Assembly: GCA_021814805.1 (NCBI GenBank)
Contig: JAKAHT010000001.1
Location: 29,027 to 67,297 of the forward strand
Source of the DNA: a bacterium
GTDB lineage: Bacteria > Patescibacteriota > Minisyncoccia > UBA6257 > GWB1-50-10
DNA: 38,271 nt
Direction: 5' to 3'
Shown here: one piece after another, positions 8,422-15,339 of the stretch
Layout: each line of letters starts with the position of its first letter
How positions within the stretch are numbered: position 1 is the first letter of the stretch
Position numbers and translations under genes: made by a program
The notes under the pieces: model-generated
What the model was told of the DNA's origin: nothing
Seen by the model: the letters and a program-made list of their open reading frames with translations, nothing else
The model's database searches: none

Positions 8422-9009
8422 ATGATTTATACCGTCTCCGGGCTGGTGTCTAAAAAGAAGGAAAATTTTCTAGTAGTGGAATCTTATGGGGTTGGTTTCA
8501 AGATTTTTTCCAATAGCCAGACCATCTACAGATCTCCCAAAGAAGGGGAATCGGTCAAGGTGTATTGCCACACCCACGTGAAAGAGGATGCTATAGAATT
8601 GTACGGTTTTTTGGACGAAGGTGAACTTGGATTTTTCGAAATGCTGATATCAGTTTCCGGCGTCGGGCCCAAAACAGCGCTCTTGATACTGGACTTGGAT
8701 TCTTTTCCGAATGTTATGGCAGCCATAGTCGGGAAGAAAGCCGACGTTTTAAGTCGGGCTTCCGGCGTGGGTAAAAAAACCGCCGAGAGAATAATATTGG
8801 AGTTGCACAGCAAAATAAACATATCGGAAGTAAAAGGACTGGACAAAGCAACCGAAGTTAATATAGAAGTTGAAGACGCCTTGGTGGGCTTGGGATATGA
8901 CAGGAGTCTCATAAAACGCGTTTTAGGAGAGCTTAAAGAGTCCCCGGAGTCATCTTTGGAAAATAAATTAAAGAGCGCTCTGAAAGTCTTGGGTAATAAT
9001 AAAAAATAA
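8422..9009 (+). CDS. ruvA: Holliday junction DNA helicase RuvA
   Basis: MIYTVSGLVSKKKENFLVVESYGVGFKI is an OB-fold N-terminus. The helix-hairpin-helix motifs ISVSGVGPKTAL and SRASGVGKKTAERI follow. The ORF-track start at 8362 (TTG) adds a non-homologous extension. Confidence 0.9.
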   Translation: MIYTVSGLVSKKKENFLVVESYGVGFKIFSNSQTIYRSPKEGESVKVYCHTHVKEDAIELYGFLDEGELGFFEMLISVSGVGPKTALLILDLDSFPNVMAAIVGKKADVLSRASGVGKKTAERIILELHSKINISEVKGLDKATEVNIEVEDALVGLGYDRSLIKRVLGELKESPESSLENKLKSALKVLGNNKK

Positions 9010-9012
9010 TGT

Positions 9013-10293
9013 ATGAAGAAAATAATCGCTTTTTTAAGATCGACCTACCATTTTGTTTTGGCTTTCACGGGTAATGTGCTTTTTGGTTTTCCTTCCAGAA
9101 AGATGTTTGTTATAGGAATCACTGGCACAAAAGGCAAGTCATCGACGATAGAATTTTTGGATTTCGTCCTTACGAAAGCTGGTAAAAAAACAGCTGTACT
9201 TTCTTCAGCTAAAAAGAAAATATTGGGTTCGGAAGAATCCAATTCTTCCGGGAATACTATGCCCGGACGTTTTCAAATACAAGAGTTCTTAAGGAAGGCT
9301 GTTAGGTCAGGGGCCGAGTATGCGATAGTGGAAGTTACCTCTCAGGGGGTTCTACAGTGGCGGGACAGGTTTATAAATTGGGATGCGGGCTTTTTTATGA
9401 ATCTGCATCCGGAGCACATAGAATCCCACGGGTCATTTGAAAATTATCGGTCAGCCAAAGTCAGGTTTTTCAAGGATGTTTTAAAATCCAAGAAACACAA
9501 GAAATACTTCTTCGTAAACAGTGACGATGAAAATTATTCTTATTTTTCTCAAGCTGTCGAAAATAATGAAGGAGCCGAAGTTTTTTATTTCAATAAAGAA
9601 TCTTTCATAAAAAGAGCTGAAGGCTGGGGATGGAACGTTAAAGAAGCCAAAGATCGTGGCTTGATAAGCGATTGGTTGCTGCCGGAATTTAATTTATATA
9701 ACTCATCAGCTGTCCTGAGCTTTGCCGACGTGATCGGAATACCGGAGGAAACGGAAAAAGAAGCCCTTAGGGAATTTGGGGGCCTTCGGGGCAGGTTTGA
9801 TTTTGTTCAAAAGGATCCTTTTACGGTGGTTGTGGACTACGCTCACACGCCTGATTCTTTGGAGAAAATATATTCCTCTTTAAGGGAATCGTTTCTCGTT
9901 TCCGGCAGAAATAAAATGATATGTATTTTGGGTTCGGCGGGCGGCGGCCGAGATAAATGGAAAAGAAGCGTGATGGGAGAAAAAGCCGGTCGTTACTGTG
10001 ATGAAATAATTTTGACCGACGAAGATCCTTACGATGAGGATCCTGAAGAAATATTGAATCAAATAGAAGGAGGGCTGAAAGATTATCGTGGCAAGGTTTT
10101 TAAAATACTGGACAGACGCGAAGCCATAAGAAAGGCTCTTTCCGATGCCAAAGAAGGCGACGTGGTTGTGGGTACTGGTAAGGGCAGCGAGACATCGATA
10201 CATTTGGCCTCCGGTCGCAAAATTCCCTGGAACGAAAAAGAAATTATGAGAGGAATGCTCATGGAACTCTTTCATTCTGGGAAAGAAGCTTAA
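9013..10293 (+). CDS. murE: Mur ligase family protein, MurE-like (UDP-MurNAc-tripeptide synthetase-like), lacking the N-terminal domain
   Basis: 426 aa. The P-loop GITGTKGKSS already sits at residues 35-44. DYAHTPDSLEK is a MurE-type motif. TDEDPYDEDP stands in the position of the DNPR segment. Confidence 0.7.
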   Translation: MKKIIAFLRSTYHFVLAFTGNVLFGFPSRKMFVIGITGTKGKSSTIEFLDFVLTKAGKKTAVLSSAKKKILGSEESNSSGNTMPGRFQIQEFLRKAVRSGAEYAIVEVTSQGVLQWRDRFINWDAGFFMNLHPEHIESHGSFENYRSAKVRFFKDVLKSKKHKKYFFVNSDDENYSYFSQAVENNEGAEVFYFNKESFIKRAEGWGWNVKEAKDRGLISDWLLPEFNLYNSSAVLSFADVIGIPEETEKEALREFGGLRGRFDFVQKDPFTVVVDYAHTPDSLEKIYSSLRESFLVSGRNKMICILGSAGGGRDKWKRSVMGEKAGRYCDEIILTDEDPYDEDPEEILNQIEGGLKDYRGKVFKILDRREAIRKALSDAKEGDVVVGTGKGSETSIHLASGRKIPWNEKEIMRGMLMELFHSGKEA

Positions 10294-10297
10294 TAAA

Positions 10298-11653
10298 ATG
10301 AAACTTACTTTTTGCGGAGCAGCTAAGAATGTAACCGGTTCGAACTATCTCTTGGAATCCGGGAGTACAAAGATATTGATAGATTGCGGGCTGAACCAAG
10401 GAAGCGAATTTTGCGATGATTTAAACTATGAAAAATTTCCATATGAACCGGAGGAAATAACCGCCGTTATCATAACCCATGCTCATATAGATCACATAGG
10501 CAAATTACCCAAGCTCGTGAAGGAGGGATTTAAGGGAACAATCTATTCCACTTATCCCACGAGGGATTTCGCCGAATCGATGCTTTTAGATACGGCTCAC
10601 GTCCTTTTCGAGGAGGCTGAAAAAAAAGGGCGTCCGCCTCTTTATGACATAAGGGACATAGAAAAGACTATGCTTCTTTGGCAGTGTCGTGATTACCACG
10701 AAGATTTAGACATTGGCCCATTTTCCGTTGAATTATATGATGCCGGGCACGTTCTAGGATCGGCTTCGGTTCTCATGAGAGTCGAGAATAAAAAGATAGT
10801 TTTTTCAGGTGACTTGGGAAATGCCCCCGCCCCCTTCTTGAAAGAGACAGAATATCCCCAGGGCGCCGACTTTGTTTTAATAGAATCGGCTTATGGGGAC
10901 AGGTTGCATGAGCATTTGAATGAAAGGAAAAAACTTCTCGAGGAAACCGTAAAGAGAGCGATTGGATCTGGAGGCGTTCTTATGATTCCGGCCTTTGCCT
11001 TGGAGCGGACTCAGGAAATGCTTTTTGAGCTCAACGAACTCATGGAAAAAAACAGTCTGCCCAAGGTCCCGGTCTTCGTGGATAGTCCGTTGGCTATAAA
11101 GCTTACCGAAGTTTACGAGAAGTACTCCGAAAATCCGATGTATTTTAATGATAAAGTCATAGGTCTTATAAAATCGGGAGAAGATATTTTTAATTTTCCC
11201 GGTCTCCGGATGACTTTAACCAAAGACGAATCGAAGGCTATAAATGAAGTGCCGCCGCCGAAAGTCGTAATAGCCGGCGCCGGCATGTCCAACGGCGGAA
11301 GGATTCTTCATCACGAAATGAGATATCTGCCGGATCCTAAAAGCACCCTTCTGATAGTCGGTTATCAAAGCGTCAATTCTTTAGGAAGAAAACTTTTGGA
11401 AGGAGAAAAGGAGATATCTATTTTTGGAGAAGAAATAAAAGTTAAGGCCAAGGTAGCTTTCATAAGCGGCTACTCGGCCCATGCCGATCAAAAACAACTT
11501 CTTAAATGGGCCGCTTCGGTCGGTAAGGATTCAAAAAGAGTATTCATCGTCCAAGGAGAGGAAAATTCAGCAGATGCTTTGAGAAATAAAATAAAAACAG
11601 AATTGTACTTGAATGCCGAGATTCCTTCACTGAATGAAACGGTATTGTTATAA
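10298..11653 (+). CDS. MBL-fold beta-CASP family (CPSF/RNase J-like) metallo-nuclease
   Basis: 451 aa. HAHIDHIG (motif 2), DAGHVLGS, and the beta-CASP C-terminal motif GYSAHADQKQL. Confidence 0.8.
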   Translation: MKLTFCGAAKNVTGSNYLLESGSTKILIDCGLNQGSEFCDDLNYEKFPYEPEEITAVIITHAHIDHIGKLPKLVKEGFKGTIYSTYPTRDFAESMLLDTAHVLFEEAEKKGRPPLYDIRDIEKTMLLWQCRDYHEDLDIGPFSVELYDAGHVLGSASVLMRVENKKIVFSGDLGNAPAPFLKETEYPQGADFVLIESAYGDRLHEHLNERKKLLEETVKRAIGSGGVLMIPAFALERTQEMLFELNELMEKNSLPKVPVFVDSPLAIKLTEVYEKYSENPMYFNDKVIGLIKSGEDIFNFPGLRMTLTKDESKAINEVPPPKVVIAGAGMSNGGRILHHEMRYLPDPKSTLLIVGYQSVNSLGRKLLEGEKEISIFGEEIKVKAKVAFISGYSAHADQKQLLKWAASVGKDSKRVFIVQGEENSADALRNKIKTELYLNAEIPSLNETVLL

Positions 11654-11660
11654 TTTAAAT

Positions 11661-12323
11661 ATGCCGAATACTAAAAGAACAAAAGAAGTTTCCAAAAAGA
11701 TAAAAGAAAAAGACGGGCTTGATAAGTTTTTGAATCACGGAAGGACCAATCACTTGAAATACAAGATTTGTGTTTCGGGAGCGGCTGAAACGGGCCATTG
11801 TTCCAAAGATTCTTTTGAGAAAGCTGAAGCGGTAGGAAGAGAGATAGCCAAGCGTGGCTTGATACTTGTTACCGGCGCGACGACGGGCATGCCTTATTGG
11901 GCGGCCAAAGGTGCCAAAGAAGCTGGTGGGATAGTGGTGGGACTTTCTCCGGCAGTTTCGAAGATTGCTCACATAAAGACCTACCATCTGCCTCTCGATT
12001 ATCATGATTTGATAATCTACACCGGTTTTGATTATGCCGGCCGCAACCTTCTTCTCACAAGATCAGCTGACGCCATAATAACCATCTGCGGTAGGATGGG
12101 AACGCTCAATGAATTTACGATAGGATTTGAGGACAAAAAACCGATAGGGGTTCTTGAGGGAACGGGCGGCACGGCTGATATGTTGAGAGATATATTGGAA
12201 AAAGCTCACAGGGGATCTTCTAATGTGGTTTTTTCTGACGACCCATCCAGCCTTTTGGATAAAGTGATGGAGCTCGTGAAAATAGAGGAAAAGAAAAACG
12301 GCATCGACGGTAAAATACTATGA
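11661..12323 (+). CDS. TIGR00725/LOG-like (SLOG superfamily) Rossmann-fold protein
   Basis: VSGAAETGHC...LVTGATTGMPYWAAKGAKEAGG..VGLSP...ICGRMGTLNEF matches the LOG/TIGR00725 glycine-rich pattern. I prefer the ATG at 11661, because the track start at 11634 overlaps the upstream gene. Confidence 0.6.
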   Translation: MPNTKRTKEVSKKIKEKDGLDKFLNHGRTNHLKYKICVSGAAETGHCSKDSFEKAEAVGREIAKRGLILVTGATTGMPYWAAKGAKEAGGIVVGLSPAVSKIAHIKTYHLPLDYHDLIIYTGFDYAGRNLLLTRSADAIITICGRMGTLNEFTIGFEDKKPIGVLEGTGGTADMLRDILEKAHRGSSNVVFSDDPSSLLDKVMELVKIEEKKNGIDGKIL

Positions 12324-12372
12324 GAAAGGACCGGCGGTTGGCGCCGGAAAGGTCGTAGGTAAAATAAAAACT

Positions 12373-12642
12373 ATGGCCGATACAAATGCCGGAGAAAACG
12401 CCAAAAAAATTGGCGTCATTACTCATTACTACGGGAAAATAGGTGTGGCTGCCGTGAAACTTGAAGATTCTCTTAAGGTTGGGGACAAGGTGAGATTTGT
12501 TGGTAATACTACGGATTTTGAAGACGTTATAAAATCCATACAAATAGAGCATGGGCCTGTCGACGAAGCCGGTTTCGGAGACGAGGTGGGAATAAGAGTC
12601 AGGGATAAAGTAAGGGACGGAGATAGATTATATTTGATTTAA
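12373..12642 (+). CDS. small beta-barrel protein resembling EF-Tu domain 2 (hypothetical)
   Basis: 89 aa. The pattern G.V.HYY.KIGVAAVKL...LKVGD.V.F......F...V.S.Q......V.EA..GDEVGI.V.....DGD.LY is typical of translation-factor domain-II-like barrels. Function unknown. Confidence 0.45.
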   Translation: MADTNAGENAKKIGVITHYYGKIGVAAVKLEDSLKVGDKVRFVGNTTDFEDVIKSIQIEHGPVDEAGFGDEVGIRVRDKVRDGDRLYLI

Positions 12643-12673
12643 TTACATAAATTCACGTACAATTTCACTACGA

Positions 12674-14002
12674 ATGGGAAATTCGAGCATGTCTTTTGAT
12701 TTTAAAAAGCTACTTCTTTATTTGATAATTTTTTCTTTGCCGATAGGGACGAAAAAATTCCTTTATTCTTTCAGTCTGCCTTTTAAATTACCGATCTCTT
12801 ACGGATCGGCCTTTCTTTATGTGTTAGATATCTTTGTTTTACTGTTCATATTTTTAAATATCAAAAGAATACACTTCAAGAAGATTTCTATATTCGCGTT
12901 TTTGGGCTTGGTCTTTTTGTCCGTGATTTTTTCATACAATTTTCCTCTGGCTTTATATTCATTCATTCATCTTATTCTCTTTTCCTTGTTTTCTCTGATC
13001 TTGGCCGACTTTTTGAAAAGAAAAGATGTCGATTTGAAGGACATTTTTTCTGTCGTCGGCGTGTCGGCTTTTCTCGAGGCCGTGGTTGGGATATTGCAAT
13101 TTAGGAATCAAGCGAGTCTGGGTCTTAAGATTCTCGGTGAGTCGGTATTGGGACCAATGACCGAAGGAGTGGCTAGAACCTCGACTGAGTTCGGTAATTT
13201 TCTCAGGGTTTACGGCACCATGCCTCACGCGAATATTTTAGCCGCTTTTCTTGTTTTGGGTTTTGCCGGATTGACTTATGTTTTTATGAAGTCGAGAAAC
13301 AAATTTGTTTTGGCGCCGATGTTTGTAATATTTTCCGGATTATTTCTGACTTTTTCTAGGTCCGGCTGGATAATATTCATATTTTTTGCCTCAGCTCTTT
13401 TGGTTTATGGTCTTTTGTCTAAGAATTTGAGAAGCAGGGCTTTTTTATTGGTAGGGGCGGTCGTCTCCTTTGTGATTTTTTTGGTTTTGATATTCGGTTC
13501 TCTGACTACGGCGAGAAGCAGTTTTTCAACTACGGAACCGTCGGTCACTTATCGCATAGATTATGATCTTATAGCCCTGAATCTCATAAGGTCTTATCCT
13601 TGGCTTGGTGTGGGAGCAGGCAATGAAATAATCGGCGGATTGCGGGGAGGGTTCTATCAAAAAGAGGGTTTGACTGAAAGTTGGCAGTGGCAGCCAATAC
13701 ATAATATTTATCTTCTTATTGCTTCAGATACCGGGCTTTTAGGATTGGCTTCCTTTTTGGTATTTTTATGGAGTGTGTTTTATCCGCTCATGAACAGTTT
13801 TTGGAGGGAGAGAAAAAACGAGCTTGGATTAGATCTTTTTTTCCCGTTGATTCTTGGTTTAGGCTGGCTATTTTTCGGTTTGGTGGATCACTTTTTTTGG
13901 GATTTAGAATCCGGCAGTTTGATGTTCTGGACGACCCTCGGTATCATGATGGGAGTCTGCCCCCGTAGTTCAACGGATAGAGCGCAAGCTTCCGAAGCTT
14001 GA
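12674..14002 (+). CDS. O-antigen ligase / Wzy_C-family polytopic membrane protein
   Basis: 442 aa with about 10 hydrophobic segments. LTFSRSGWI and HNIYLLIASDTGLLGL resemble the O-antigen ligase loop motifs. The last 44 nt, including the stop at 14000-14002, lie inside tRNA-Arg. Confidence 0.65.
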   Translation: MGNSSMSFDFKKLLLYLIIFSLPIGTKKFLYSFSLPFKLPISYGSAFLYVLDIFVLLFIFLNIKRIHFKKISIFAFLGLVFLSVIFSYNFPLALYSFIHLILFSLFSLILADFLKRKDVDLKDIFSVVGVSAFLEAVVGILQFRNQASLGLKILGESVLGPMTEGVARTSTEFGNFLRVYGTMPHANILAAFLVLGFAGLTYVFMKSRNKFVLAPMFVIFSGLFLTFSRSGWIIFIFFASALLVYGLLSKNLRSRAFLLVGAVVSFVIFLVLIFGSLTTARSSFSTTEPSVTYRIDYDLIALNLIRSYPWLGVGAGNEIIGGLRGGFYQKEGLTESWQWQPIHNIYLLIASDTGLLGLASFLVFLWSVFYPLMNSFWRERKNELGLDLFFPLILGLGWLFFGLVDHFFWDLESGSLMFWTTLGIMMGVCPRSSTDRAQASEA

Positions 14003-14030
14003 AATAGAGGTTCGATTCCTCTTGGGGGCA
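13959..14030 (+). tRNA. tRNA-Arg (anticodon CCG)
   Basis: Hand-folded cloverleaf. Acceptor GCCCCCG/TGGGGGC, D stem GTTC/GAGC, anticodon stem CAAGC/GCTTG with loop TTCCGAA, T arm AGAGG-TTCGATT-CCTCT, discriminator A. 72 nt. CCA is not encoded. Confidence 0.93.
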
Positions 14031-14036
14031 CATCAA

Positions 14037-14972
14037 ATGCAAAAAAAAGATTTTATACAGTTTTCAATAAAGAAAAATACATCTCTTAAGACCATGAGCA
14101 CTTTCGGGATAGGGGGGCGGTCGGAGTATTTTTGTTCCGTGGACAGCCCGGATAAATTTGTAGCTGTCTACGAGTGGGGCAAAAGAAATAATCTTAAGTT
14201 GAATATTTTTTCTGGCGGCAGCAATGTTGTTTTCCCGGACGAGAAACTTCGTGGTTTGACTTTGAGATTCTTCGGCGGTCGGATGTTTTTTAAGGATAAG
14301 ACTTGTCTTTCTGATGCCGGAGTTCTTCTTGGCGAAGTGATTAAAAAATCGCTGAGCCGAGGCTTAATGGGTCTTGAGACGCTTTCTGGAATACCCGGTA
14401 CCTTGGGCGGAGCCGTGGTCGGCAACGCCGGGGCTTATGGCCGCTCTATTTCAGAAATTGTGAAGAGAGTGGAAATATGGGATGGTAAAAAAAAGCAGTG
14501 GATTTCCAGGGAAGAATGCCGATTTTCCTATCGCGACAGCGTTTTTAAGCATAAACCCGTCTTAGTTTTAAGAGTTGAATTGGAATTTAAGAGTGGTCAT
14601 TCAGCTGAGCTTAGAAAGATATCGAGATCGATAATAAAAATAAGAGAAAAGAAGTATAAGCCAGGCTTGAAATGTCCGGGCAGTTTTTTCAAGAATGTGC
14701 TTATTTGCGATTTGTCTAAAAATTCGATGTCTAAAATAGATAAATCAAAAATAATAGAAGGCAAGGTTCCGGCCGGTTACCTTCTCGAGTCGGTGGGTTC
14801 CAAGGGAATGGTCTTTAAGGGCCTCAAGGTGGCTGATTTTCATGGCAATCTCATAATTAATAGCGGCAAAGCTAAAAGCTCGGATGTAAAAAAATTAGCC
14901 GATTTATTAAGGAAGAAGGTTTATAAAAAATTCGGCATCGTCCTCGAGGAAGAAGTGAGATACTTGCTATAA
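14037..14972 (+). CDS. murB: UDP-N-acetylenolpyruvoylglucosamine reductase
   Basis: TFGIGGRSEYF and FSGGSNVVF form the FAD-binding region, and the C-terminal domain is MurB-like. I prefer the ATG at 14037, which is 6 nt after the tRNA. The track start at 14022 lies inside the tRNA. Confidence 0.88.
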   Translation: MQKKDFIQFSIKKNTSLKTMSTFGIGGRSEYFCSVDSPDKFVAVYEWGKRNNLKLNIFSGGSNVVFPDEKLRGLTLRFFGGRMFFKDKTCLSDAGVLLGEVIKKSLSRGLMGLETLSGIPGTLGGAVVGNAGAYGRSISEIVKRVEIWDGKKKQWISREECRFSYRDSVFKHKPVLVLRVELEFKSGHSAELRKISRSIIKIREKKYKPGLKCPGSFFKNVLICDLSKNSMSKIDKSKIIEGKVPAGYLLESVGSKGMVFKGLKVADFHGNLIINSGKAKSSDVKKLADLLRKKVYKKFGIVLEEEVRYLL

Positions 14973-14981
14973 TAAGCGTAT

Positions 14982-15332
14982 ATGGTGCTGATTTATTTGG
15001 CTGAAAGGTTTTTATGGAGATTGATTGATTTTTTGAGGCATTGGTATGTTAGAAGTCTCAAAATATATTCAAATCGTGTACTAAACGAGCTTGAGAAGCT
15101 GGATAAGATTTTAGCTTGGAAAATAACACTAAAAAATTTATTTTCTCCTCTGTATAAAGATTACACTTTTATAGGCTATATTTTGGGCTTTGTCTTGAGA
15201 TTGGGACGTCTTATAGTGGCTTCGGGATTTTATTTGGTATTTTTCGTTTCGGCCTTTTTCTTATACTTGTTATGGCTCTTAATTCCGCCCGTTCTCGTGG
15301 GTATATTTTTAGGCATGATAAGAATCAGCTGA
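14982..15332 (+). CDS. small hypothetical membrane protein
   Basis: 116 aa. The C-terminal half carries two or three hydrophobic helices (FIGYILGFVLRLGRLIVASGFYLVFFVSAFFLYLLWLLIPPVLVGIFLGMI). It lies directly upstream of the Clp-like ATPase. Confidence 0.5.
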   Translation: MVLIYLAERFLWRLIDFLRHWYVRSLKIYSNRVLNELEKLDKILAWKITLKNLFSPLYKDYTFIGYILGFVLRLGRLIVASGFYLVFFVSAFFLYLLWLLIPPVLVGIFLGMIRIS

Positions 15333-15339
15333 TATTGTT

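Noticed and set aside
12331-12347. A GC-rich hairpin, CCGGCG-GTTGG-CGCCGG, between the LOG-like gene and the 89-aa gene.
   Set aside because: It has only 6 bp and no U-tract on either strand, and it is not repeated elsewhere in the window. This is insufficient for a terminator, attenuator or REP call.
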